Source of the DNA: Reclinomonas americana ATCC 50394
Taxonomy: Eukaryota
Assembly: GCA_048213135.1 (NCBI GenBank)
Contig: PS015113.1
Coordinates: 79,162-119,244, forward strand
DNA length: 40,083 nucleotides
Direction: 5' to 3'
The position numbers and the translations under genes are program-made. Positions 10,981 to 22,796 of this stretch are shown here, one piece after another. The notes under the pieces are model-generated. The model was not told where the DNA came from. It did no database searches and saw only the letters and a program-made list of their open reading frames with translations. The number at the start of each line of letters is the position of its first letter. Position 1 is the stretch's first letter.

Positions 10981-13858
10981 ATGCGCCGAGCGCCACCTCG
11001 TCAATGGCCACCTCGTCGATGGCCATCGCCTCTCCCTCTCTTCATCGCCCTTCTACTTCTTCTTCTCCCTCTCCTCGTTGTGTGTCACGGCGAGCCAGTG
11101 GGCGACGATCCACGACTGGCATGCCCACGGCGTGTCCTTGATCCTGCATTGCCCACACAACAAGTGACTGTGCCCCTCCTCGACGCTGGTGATGAGATGG
11201 TGGTGGTGACTGTCAGTCATGAGCACAACACCATCGGTGACGCTGGTGAGGAGTGCATGCGTGTTTGGTTTCGCAATGATTTTTTCGCGCGCTTTCTTTG
11301 AACGTTCACTCGCAGTGAGAGAGTCCTTGGCGAGGAACGCACTCTCTCTCCCAGTAACTGAAGACATGGTGGAGCAAGTCGCCAGCAAGACGCTGACAGC
11401 GTTGCAGGTGTGCGCATTCCACCCTTCTCACTCTCTTACACTCTCTCTGATATCTCGTTCGTTGCTTGCGCTTCTCCTCGCAGACAATCCAGCTCAGACG
11501 CATCGGTTGCGGTGCTCTCACACCGACGACCAACGACAGGAAAACAAACCGCGTGTACTCGATGGACGTGCCGCGCTTCGTTGTGTATCCAGCACGTAAA
11601 TGGTCTGTGTCGGCATCGGTGAGAGGCGCGCCACGAGCACAGGTCGTGCATGTGGACATGGACTCGGCGCCAACGCTGTGGGGCGCAGGTGAGTCAGATT
11701 GGGAAGAGAATGGAGAAACGCGACCGCTCACGCCGAGTTGTCTCGCCACCGCCATCGATGCATACGCAGTGCTGGCTGCGGTGGGGACGGACAATCAGCT
11801 GGCGCAAGAGGTGTTGCGGTTGAGCTGGGAGATGTTGCTGAAGGTGCGGGCAGAGCATCGACTAGTGCATGCGATCTTTCTCCCGCCCTGTCGTCTTTCG
11901 ATCCTTGCATGCCGTTTCTCACTTGTTGCAAAAAACAGGACAACGATGATTTCGAGTACTATCGCAAGCGATTCTGCGACGATGTGATCGACTGGAATGC
12001 TGCGTACCACATGGCCCTCATGAAGAGCAGCTCGTTGCGCTCACTGTCATTCTCACCACTGGACACTCACAGTCGCAAAAGCCGCCCACGCTGACACCTG
12101 CCGCGGAGAAACTTGCCGCTGCTCGGAACCGACAGTTTTTCGCCGAGTGGAGACACGCGACACCGTTGCTGCAGTTGTCGAGCTCTTCGCCAGCACCGGA
12201 GTTGATGCGCGCCGATCTTCTCTGCCTCTCTTTGCATGGTTTGTGCTGTGCGAGGCGGTGTGCGCTATCGTAACGGAGACGACTCACGATTGATCGTCCC
12301 CTGTGCCCGTGCACCAGGAGGCACCGATCTGGTGATCGACGAGCAAGAGTGCGAGTATCTCGGTCCGCAGTTTGCGCAGCGCAGCCTCACCATGGCGCCA
12401 CCACCTCTACCTGATCGCTCCGAGCCTCCTGTGCACACCTTGTCGGCAGCGCTGCGCGCCAACAAGCGGACGGCTGTGTTTCCACGCATCGAGTTCTATC
12501 CGGCCGATATCTGTCGCGAGATGGAGACGGAGATGTGGCGCGTGCTCGCAGACAAGCGAGCGCTGGCGGAGGCAACGGCTGCAGTTGGAGACTTCCGTGC
12601 GCCGACACCGCTGTCGCTATTCCCGCAGGAAGGGCCACCGATGCACGAGAGCCGGGTGATGTTGGACAAGCTGGCGGCGGTATTGGCACATCCTCGCGCG
12701 ACTGTGCAGCCTGGCAACTCACCGCATCGACTGGCGGTGTTCACAACCGTACAACTAGCACCGAAGAACTCGGAGCGGTACCTTGAGCTGATCAGAGTGT
12801 GGGTGGCACGTTTCTTCGCTGCGCACGGCGACCGCCTGCTTCCACTCATTGTGTGCACTGACGAGACGACCTTGACGGCTGTCAAGGCAGTACTGGGAGC
12901 AGGCTGGGATGCCGGGGTGATACTCGACGAGACGAACTGGTGAGAGGGCAGGACGGAGAGCGAGGGTGCAAGAAACTGACCAGCGATATTACTCACCGTG
13001 TGTGTTTGAGTGCAGGTCCGCTGTCGACCGACCGCATGACCCTGCCGGCTTCCCTCCTATTGTCAAACTGCGGTACATGTACGGCTACCTGCTGCTGCGA
13101 TGTGGTGTGCAGCCGTTCCACGTCGACATGGATGCTGTGTTCGTGCGGCCGGTGTGGGACCTGCCACAAGTGTCGTCACCGTCGGAGGTGTACGACATCC
13201 CGCCCGACATCATTTTCCAGGCCGATCTGTTCAACAGCGACGAGCACGATGCGACACTAATGCTGGCGGCGACACCGAGAGAGCGAACCCGCGATCCTTG
13301 GTCATACGCCATTCTCAACAGCCTGTCGGACTTTGGCCCAGTGAGTACATGGGTGAGGAGATCTCTCCGCACTTCACTGGCTCACAGCTGCTATTCCTTG
13401 TGACTGCAGAACAGTATACCGGCGCACCTGTGCGCCTCTCACCAACGCACACTGAGCATCAATGTGGGAGTGTGGACAGCACGACCGACTGTGTATGCGA
13501 TGCGACTCTTTGCGGCCGCGGTGGGACAGATGAATCAGCGCTGGTCGGAGCTGCAGGACCAGCAGTTCATGAACGCGCTGGTGGACGTGCATGTGCGACT
13601 CGGTCGCTTGCGCATCGACTGGTTCAATCTGCAGCACGTCAACTCGGCCGTCGGCATCGAGATGTTGGTCGCTCGAAGACAATGGAGCGACAAGCCGGAG
13701 GAAATGGTGGACTTGGTGATGGTGAGAGAAGTCCGAGAGTTGTCTGTCTCTCGCCGCCACCCACACTGCTTGTGTAGGTGCACGCCTGTGGCTACGGAGA
13801 CAAGATCGATATGCTCAACAAATTCAAAGCGCTGTGGTCGACGCCACGCGTACGGTAG
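10981..13858 (+). CDS. GT77/Nucleotid_trans-like glycosyltransferase, copy C
   Basis: Paralog with the same exon structure. Signal peptide MRRAPPRQWPPRRWPSPLPLFIALLLLLL; motifs FHVDMDAVF, DQQFMN; ends KFKALWSTPRVR*. Needs a GC donor at 11999 to stay in frame. Confidence 0.7.
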
Positions 13859-14411
13859 TCTGGTAACTGGGAGGCCACAGCTGTTCGATTCGTTTTCAAT
13901 GAAGCGATGATACGTGCGGCTGCCCGCTGCCATAGAAGTTGTATACCGTATAACAGCAACAATTCATTCTCCAAACAAGCAACAGCTGTCTTGGTGACTG
14001 AGTTCAACCGTATCCAAAACATCAACACAGACACTAATCTTGAGGACTGTTTGTCATTGTTTGTTTGCTGACCTGATGCATATGGTGCGATACCACGTCT
14101 GGTCACAGCGCAGTGGCGAATGTGTACTGCAGTACATGCACTCTCTCGCTCGGGAGCTTGCTGGCGTACTTGGTGGTTGATCGCGATATCTGTAGATTTG
14201 CAAATACCGCATCTCTGCTTGCGTCATGAATGAATGTGCCGGCTCGGTTCGTCCGAACATGAGCTGGTGGGTACCGTGTGCTGCGTATGCACACAGCCAC
14301 TGTTGCCGACAGCCTGTGCGAGCGACCAATCGAGCTGTGACAGAGCCGTTGGCGCGCGGGAATTCATTGATTGACCGCGCGATTGCGACCGTTACTTCGT
14401 CAGTCTCTCGC

Positions 14412-14739
14412 ATGGCGATCGCGAGTGCTCGGTTACCGCTCCTCCTCTTCTGCCTCGTCCTGCTCCTCACTGTCTTACGCTCTGCGATACCGAGCGATGC
14501 ACAGCGTTGCGTTCGTGTTGTCTTGCGCGTGGCTTGCTCATCAGCTCATTTGCATGATTTCTCTCTCTCTCTGTGTTTGTGCGTGTGCGTGTATGCGTGT
14601 GTCTGTGTGTGCGCGTGCGATGGTACAGTGGCCGCCGAATCAGTGGTCACTATCGCCGGCGAAGAGGTACCCTGAGTTGCTCCCTCCTCTCTCTCTGTGT
14701 TCTTACACTGCTTCTCTCTCCTACTCTCTCTCTCCCTCA

Positions 14740-14810
<71 letters not shown>

Positions 14811-16299
14811 NNNNNNNNNNNNNNNNNNNNTTGCACGCGACATCCAACGCGATACCTGCATTCCCTGTGCACCCTTCGCTGGTGGGACTACGATCCGCGC
14901 GCAGACACGTTCACAGTTCGCGTCTGCGTACCACCACACGATCGCCGCATGGATGGACAATACAACCATGGCTTCGGTCGAGGATCTTGGCTTGTGGTCA
15001 TTCCTGAGACGCCAGCCCATAAGCTTCAGCAGCGTCCCCCACTGACTGAGAACCTGCGTGACTGGGTGCGTACCGCTGCACTGCCTGCTGCTCTTCGCAT
15101 CAACGAACATGTGCTCACCTCGTTGATCTATCACGGTGCAGCTGGTGGAGGGCGGTCGAGGTGATCCATAGAGATAGAGCTCGCCTTGTCTCACGTTATC
15201 TCTCTCTGCTTGGACAGTCACTCACACACTTTCCCACATTCGCAGCACTCGCCGACGTGTGGTACATGATCACCGACAGGAACCCCGATGCCACCTTCCC
15301 GGCCGACTGGCTGGTCCTCGAGCGCGGCATCATGCACGGCGACATTCGCGTATTTCCAGCGCCGTACCTGACGGCCGCCTCGCCTCAGCTGCCACTCGTG
15401 TCGTGCCTGATGGTCACTGATCGGCGCATCGGGCATGCTCTGCGTGCCATCTATCTCTTCCAGAAGCAGACGTACGCCAATCGCGAGCTGGTGATTGTTA
15501 GCAAGAACCTGTCGACGGTGGAGCAACTCGGTCGCGTCCTGCAGAGCTTGGGCGACTCGCGAATTCGTCTGTTCGCTTTGCCCGNNNNNNNNNNNNNNNN
15601 NNNNCGTCGTCCGAGGAGGAGCGTGCGCGGATTACGCTTGGCGAGCTGCGAAACTTTTCGGTGAAGATGGCGCGCGGCGAGTACGTGGCGGTGTGGGACG
15701 ACGACGACATTTACGACCCGGAGCGTGTGGCCGTGCAAATGCAAGCCATTTTGCGCTTCGACTCGGTGGTGGCATCGACGCTGGCGCGCACAACTCTCTG
15801 GCATATGAACGCGTGGCCGCCGACGCTGTACATCGGTGGAACATGGCACGCCTTCAACACTCTCATGTGTCGCAAGTCGGCGATGCCGGCCTATGACACG
15901 CTGAACGACGAGGAAGATGTTGCTGTGTTGCATCACTTGTTCCAATCGGAACGCATGGTGATGGTCGACTCGTCGCTGATGTACTGGTACGTACACCACG
16001 GCAGCAACACGGTCCCAACGGAGCGGTTCANNNNNNNNNNNNNNNNNNNNNNNNNNNNNNNNNNNNNNNNNNNNNNNNNNNNNNNNNNNNNNNNNNNCGG
16101 CTACTGCAAGCTCCAGACGGCCATCCTGCGTGGCGGTGCCGCCGTGACGCTGCACGGCGAGATGCTGCGGAGAACAGGCTTGGTCGGACCGGAGGCCGAA
16201 GTTCCGGCCTCGCACCTGTTGCACATGTGGCCACAGGCGTTGGCGCAGAGCTCGTCGACGCCCACGTTGGTGCTCGCCAGCGAGGCGGACATTCAATGA
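14412..16299 (+). CDS. Signal-peptide GT2-family (GT-A fold) glycosyltransferase, copy 1, with three small N-gaps
   Basis: Signal MAIASARLPLLLFCLVLLL. GT2 motifs PLVSCLMVT, FQKQTYANRELVIV, TLGELRNFSVKMARGEYVAVWDDDD…PERVAVQM and a downstream EED. Confidence 0.85.
14744..14810. repeat. (CT)n microsatellite in an intron, ending at a gap
   Basis: Direct observation. Confidence 0.9.
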
Positions 16300-16536
16300 A
16301 GAAAAGGAGACTCATTTTTGATCATCGCGGGAGCCGTGTTCATATTTATACCGTATCATGATCAGCAGCTCATGCATCGCACCGCCGAACAATCCGTTTC
16401 TCTGTAGTTGGCGATTGCTGCACTCTGTCTGCGCTGCACATGCCACACGCTGGTACATCGTCCCTTGATCATCTCTTCAGTGGCGCAGCAGTCAACCAAT
16501 CATTGTACCGTTAAAAAAGCGCGGGAATTTTCTTGC

Positions 16537-18241
16537 ATGGCGTTCGCGCGCGCTCCTCTTCTTCTTCTTCTCCTCCTCCTTCTCGTCTTCCTCGTTTCCC
16601 TGTCCTCTGTGACACCAAGCGATGCACAACGTTGCGTGTGTGTATGTGAACGTGCGTTCGTGCGATGCGCACTCACTCATTCTTGTGTGTGTGCGTGTGT
16701 GCGTGATGCACAGTGGCTGTCACGTCCATGGTCACCATCGACGGCGAAGAGGTGCGTGTGCTGCACACATGCCCATACACGCACACACACTGTCTCTTCT
16801 CCCTTTCTCTCCCTCTCCCTCTCTCTCTCTTTCTCGCTCGCTGACATTCTCTGAGATCAGACGCGAGGGTGCTTCTGCTCGAGGCGTACAGCCTTCGTCA
16901 TGCGTTCCCTCTGCAACCTCCAATGGTGGAACTACAATCCCCGCACCGACACGTTCATAGTGCACGTCTGTGTGCCACCACCCGACCCAAGGAGGGACGG
17001 GGAATACAATTTCGGCTTTGGGCGAGGATTCTGGGAACTGCTCATTCCTGAGACACCGGCCTCGCAGCTGCAGCACCCTCCACTCACGGAAAACATGCGT
17101 GATTGGGTGTGTGTACCGCTGCACTCACTGCCTGCTGTTCGTCGCCGCGTGTGCGCTCACCTCGTTGATCATTGATGCAGCTGGCGGAAGACGGTCGCGG
17201 TGAGACACACACACAGGGAGATACATGACCCTTGGTTGTACCAGTGACTCACACGCTCAACTCACATTCGCAGCATTCACCGACCTGTGGTACATGATCA
17301 CCGACCAGAACCCGGCCGCCACGAGGCCGACGGATTGGCTGGTCATCGAGCGCGGCATCATGTACGGCGACGCGCGTAAGTTCCCGGCGCCGTACTTGAC
17401 GGCTGACTCGCCCCAGCTGCCGCTCGTGTCGTGCCTGATGATCACCGGTCGGCGTATGTGGCATGCACTGCGTTCCATCTACCTCTTCCAGAAGCAGACG
17501 TATGTCAACCGGGAGCTGGTGATTGTGAGCAAGGTCTTGTCGACGGTGGAGCAGCTTGGCCGTCTTGTGCGGCGCCTGGGCGACTCGCGGATTCGCGTGT
17601 TCTCTGTGCCCGCGTCGTCCGAGGAGGAGCGTGAGCAGGTGACGCTGGGCGAGCAGCGCAACTTTTCGGTGAGGATGGCGCGTGGCGAGTTTGTGACGGT
17701 GTGGGACGACGACGACATTTACGACCCGGAGCGTCTGACGGTGCAAATGCAAGCCATCATCCGCTTCAACTTGGTGGCGTCGACACTGACACGCCTCACG
17801 CTCTTGCAAACTGATGTGTGGCCGCCAACGCTGCACGTCTCGAACTCGTGGCACTCGTACAACACCATCATGTGTCGCAAGTCGTTGATGCCGCCCTACG
17901 GCAATCTCAACCGCTCTGAGGACGACGTCGCGATGCACCAGCTGTTCCAGTCGCAGCGCATGGTCACGGTCGACTCACCACTGATGTACTGGTACGTGCG
18001 GCACGGCAACAACACAACCACGCCTGAGCTCTACAGCACTTTCCTGGACCACCAGTCGGCCATCTTGCGCGGCAGTGCCGCCATGACGATGCACGGTGAG
18101 ATGCTGCGCAGAACCGGCTTGGTCGGACCGCAGGCCGAAGTTCCGGCCTCGCACCCGCTGCTCATGTGGCGGGAGGTGCCAGAAGCGGTGGAGAGCACGA
18201 CGTCCACGACACTGACCGTCAACGAGACTGGCGTCCAGTGA
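16537..18241 (+). CDS. Signal-peptide GT2-family glycosyltransferase, copy 2, 5 exons
   Basis: Signal MAFARAPLLLLLLL. Motifs PLVSCLMIT, QTYVNRELVIV, TLGEQRN, ARGEFVTVWDDDD, SEDD. Same intron positions as copy 1. Confidence 0.87.
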
Positions 18242-18343
18242 ATAGAAGTATCATTGTTTTTGCTCTGTTGCAAGCCGCTTTCAAGTGTCGATCGTCAGTC
18301 CCAACAGACAGACACACCACAGTCGATATTGATTGATTGAGGA

Positions 18344-19728
18344 ATGAGTGAGCGCGAGGCCCCTCCACGCAAAGCCTTCCAACTGGCCTCCGACCTGCAC
18401 CTCAACTATGTCGACCCCGTCGAGTTCCTCGAGCGCGACACACTGATCAAGCCATCGGCGCCCATCCTCGTTGAGTGCACACACAGGAGCACTGAAAGAG
18501 ACACACAGTCACTCACATCTGCGCGTGGTGCACAGGTGCTGGCGGGTGACATTGGGCACGTGACGCGTCCAGAGTACAGCGACATTCTGCTGCGTGAGGC
18601 GCAACGCTTTGAGCATGTGATTGTGGTGCTCGGCAATGGCGAGTCCAAGAACCCGAAAGATGTCGAGGTGTGTGTGCACGTGTGTGGAATGCCTCTCTCG
18701 CAGGTTTCTCTCTCACACACACAAAGATCGCCGACGCGCTGACGTTTGACGAGTGTCTCTGTGCGGCGCGCTCCATCTGTGACTCACATCCGGCATTGCA
18801 TTTGCTCGAGCGTGAATCGATTGTGGTCAATGGCATTCGCTTCTTGGGCGCCACCATGTGGTCCGAGATCCCCGAGTCGGTCTGCTCTGCTGTGCTCTGC
18901 CTGCTCCTCTGCGGAGTCTGTCGCGCGCTCATCATTGCGACATTAGTGCTGGGATGCCCTGGTCACCAAGGGCGACTATACCACGTCGTTTGTTATCGAT
19001 GAGACGACGGGCGAGCGCCGAAGACTGCGTCCAGCTGACACTGACCAAGTGCGTTGTCGTTGCTGGTGGAGAGGATGCAGTGAAGGGGCGCCTCTCGCTC
19101 ACTCTCGTGGCCTGTAGATCTGCAAGCGAACGGTCAAGTGGTTGGAGCACGAGTTGCAGGAGTGTGCCGCTCGCGGAGAGAAGGATGTGGTGGTGGTCAC
19201 GCATCATCCGCCGACGCTGCCCTCCTATCAAGTAATGACTGGTGCGTGCTCTTTTTGTGTGCGTTCATCTCTCGCTCCCAGGGTGTTTAACCTCTTTCTC
19301 TGCGGCAGACGACGACGACGAGTGGACATTGCAGAAGCAGTGCACGTATGGCTCCGATTTGTCGCGCCTCTTTGCCGCCAACAGCGGCCTCGGCGTCCCG
19401 GCTGTGTGGGGTGCGTATGCGGGGCATTGTTAGACCAGTTCTTGTGTCGCTCTCAAGTCGTTCAACATCTCTCTCTCCGTTCTTCGCTGAGTACTCATCT
19501 CTCTTTCTCTCGCCTCACGCAGTCCACGGACACACGCACCACAACGCCGACAACGTGCTCGGTGGCACAAGGGTGGTGTCGTTGCGTCGTCTGCAAGAAG
19601 CCGTTCTCTCTCGCCCTTCTGTTCGCTCACTTGCACACAGTAATCAGCACGGCCGTCTGAAACCAGGACGCCAGTGCACGCAGATCGAGTACCCCTACAG
19701 TAACTCGTTTGTGGTAGAGTTGGAATAG
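18344..19728 (+). CDS. Calcineurin-like metallophosphoesterase, multi-exon
   Basis: Ordered motifs after splicing: SDLH, LAGDIG, GNGE (in place of GNHE), FLGATMWS, VVTHHPP, WVHGHTH, SNQHG. Confidence 0.85.
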
Positions 19729-19800
19729 TTGGACGCGCACTCGCAGATAACAAAGTAAAGAAACGAATAGCCAGCGAAGAAAATGCAGCTGTGCATCTGT

Positions 19801-21479
19801 TTATTGGCCGCAGTTGTTGTTGTGCACGCCCTGTGTTTGCGAGCCGCAAGTGAGTGTTATGGCGAAACAGAAAGCACAGCGGTGGAGAGCACAGCGACTT
19901 GCCATGTACACCAAGTGGTCCGGGTTCGAGAAATACAACAATTGATCCTGCACGCAAAACATGAGTCACGCAGACCAGTCGTCGCTGTCAACGCAGACGT
20001 AACAGAGCAGGAGGGGTCTTCGCCACTGTTGTCGCACACCACGTACTCCTCATCGTCGGGCCAGTCGGAGACTTTCACATCGTCCCGGTTCCAGATCTCA
20101 TTGCGGACCTGCACGAACACGACTTGCGTCAGTGCCACAGATCCTACGCACGGCGCCTTCATCTGCGGCACGCACGCACCGCATGGTAATCGACCTCACG
20201 CGGAGGGAGATGCGGCACAATGTCGCGCCTGTGTCGACCCGCGGTCGGTGAGTACTAGTGCATGAAGACCGACGACGATTCACGATTACACACGCACCGG
20301 TGCACCATCCTCCAGCTGCCGTCTTCGGTCAGCAGTCCCGAGAAGCCGTCGGCAAAGGCACGATTACCGATGCGAGGCATTCCAAAACTGTGCGCACGGA
20401 TCAGCGAACTCGCTGCGATGCACACAGAGCAAAGACGAAACTTTTGCATCTTGACAGAAATGTCGGTGCGCTTCAGCGTGCGCAGCAACAAGATAATATC
20501 CTGCACGATGTGGTTAGCAGCGTAGCGTACCCGCAGAGATAATGCAGTCAGCGTACCACAGTGGCAAATCCACTCAACGCCGCTCCGAGACCTGCAACAC
20601 CACCCACCGTTAGATTACATGCGTGTGCATCGTCGTGGCATGGCGACGCAACTGTGGCCAGTCGTAATTATCGTCTGGCACTCGGGGCACCTGCGTATCG
20701 CCCAGTTAGCCCACGGACAGACTGGTGAAGCACGAGTCCACGCAACAAGTGTGTCACCACATCGGTGACCGCCTCATGCACACCCTGCTTCACATTCGAG
20801 TATCCGGCGTTGAAGCCACTGCAGAGACCAGTCAGCGCGCAGTCACGAACACAACCAACCAGCAGACTTCAGATCACCCAACGCGCCTGTGAACCCTGGC
20901 ACCGGGAATGTCATGATAATCCGATGTCTCAATGAACCGCAGATCAGCAATGGCGTTTTCCACGTCCTTCACGACAGACAGACAGGAGGCAACAAAGTAA
21001 GCCTTCTCACAGAAGATCCGTCTTCCCAGCTCATGATCACTTACCACACTTCCACGGAACGACACATACACCGTCTTCTCCGCGCGACTGTACGCCACAT
21101 AGCCTCGCGCATGCGTCGAGTTATCAAACACAATAGCCCGCGTGACATAGTCGCGTCCAGGCAGACACCACTGACACGACCACGTCTGCAGCGGTTCATC
21201 CGCGCAAAACGCCGCATATGCAAAGTACAGTGAGCGAAGCGCCAGAGTCACGTTGAAGTTGACATTGGTGGGAGGTGCTGCCTCACTGTGTGTGTATGTG
21301 TGTGAGAAGAGTGAGTCAGTGAGTAAGAGTGAGAGTCAGTGTGTTCGATGTGCATACCGCTCCTCCTGCTCATGCAGACGCAGTGCGCTGGTGAGTGAGA
21401 CAGTGGCGGCAGTGACACTGGCGCACAGTGCAACAGCGACGAGGAGAGCAAGCAGCAGTGCACTCGTCGCCGACGACAT
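19801..21479 (-). CDS. Secreted class-3 lipase (Lipase_3), multi-exon
   Basis: Signal peptide MSSATSALLLALLVAVALCASVTA. Motifs VSFRGS, RVHSGF, TGHSLGAA (split by an intron), FGMPRIGN, VPHLPP, GEDPSCS, DHLVYMG. Confidence 0.9.
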
Positions 21480-21545
21480 GATGAGTGACAGAGTGTGTGT
21501 GACTCAACACACTGTCCATGGATCCACAAGAACAACACACAACGA
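21480..21545. promoter_or_regulatory. Putative 66-bp bidirectional promoter (lipase / FAM133)
   Basis: Spacer between divergent start codons; contains GATGAGTGA and TGACTCA. Confidence 0.5.
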
Positions 21546-22648
21546 ATGGCCGAGGAGCCAAAGAAGCCGTCGATTGCCGAGTGTGTCTTCTCTCTCACTG
21601 CACACACATTCTCTCTCCTTCTCTCACTCGCTCTCACATGTGCAGTTATCTGGCGCGACCGCGACCGACACTGGAGGTTCACATGCACACACACTCTGTC
21701 ACCACACACGCACCAGCACACACTCACACATGCTGTGCTCAGGAGGCGACTGCGCGACTGAAGAAGGCCGACACGCTGGACAAGTGGGAAGAGGAGCAGA
21801 ATGAGGTCACACACACATGCATTGCGCATTTTGTGCATTGCTGATGATGACTTGTCTCTTCATGCGTGCGTGCAGGCGTTTCGACGCGAACTGGAGCGCG
21901 ATCGTGAGAGGCTGCTGAGTGGTGGCAAGAAGAACAAGTCGTCGACGTCGCTCGATCGCAAGCAGCGCAAGGAGAAGAAGAAGAGCAAGAGGAGGAGTCG
22001 AAGCAAGTCGCGACACTCGTCATCATCGTCGTCATCGTCGTCGTCATCGTCATCGTCGTCTAGTGAGGGCGAGGATGGTGACAGTCAGCGACGCCGACGC
22101 CGACGCAGTCGAAAGAAGCGATCGCGATCGCCTGCGCCGCAGATTGCAGTCAACACGTCGTATCCGCCGGCCATGGAGACCGACGAGGCGAAGAGAGCGG
22201 AGAGTGCGGCGGCTGGCGACGGTGAGAGCGGCGAGCCGAGCAAGAAGCGGCGAAAAGTGGATGCGACGAGCGTGGAGAGTGGCGAGTTGTCTGACGCGTC
22301 GTCGGGCTCCGCGTCGCGCTCACTGTCGTCGTCGGCGTCGTCGTCGTCGTCGTCGGCGGACACGGATTCTGAGTCGTCGTCGTCGCGCAAGAGGAGACGA
22401 CGGCGCGAACGGTCCACCAGCAAGAGCAGCAGCCGAAAGGACAAGAAGAAGAGAGACAAGAAGAAGAAATCATCGAAAAAGGACAAGAAGAGCAAGAGCG
22501 ACGACAAGAAGGGCCAGTCGAAGGTGCGTGGCTCTTGTGTGTGACACGTGTTGACCCTTGACTCAAGAGTAGAAGCACGCGTGTGCACATGTAGGGACCG
22601 GTGCGCCTCAGTGCTTTCCTGCACGGCTCCGACGCCGAGGACGACTAA
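21546..22648 (+). CDS. FAM133: FAM133-like S/R/K-rich protein, 5 exons
   Basis: Spliced N-terminus PSIADYLARPRPTLEEATARLKK…KWEEEQNEAFRRELERDRERLLSG matches the FAM133 conserved block (DYLNRPRPTWEE…EKLLSG). A Ser/Lys/Arg low-complexity tail follows. Confidence 0.8.
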
Positions 22649-22796
22649 TGGACGCCGAGATAGAGAGGAGAGAAACACAATACAGCGACACACAATGACC
22701 TCCTTTACACGCAGTCTGCAACGAGACACTGTGTCGTATTGTTCACTGACATCACGTTCGCGGTATTACACGAATTCTGCCATCGACCTTCCTTTT

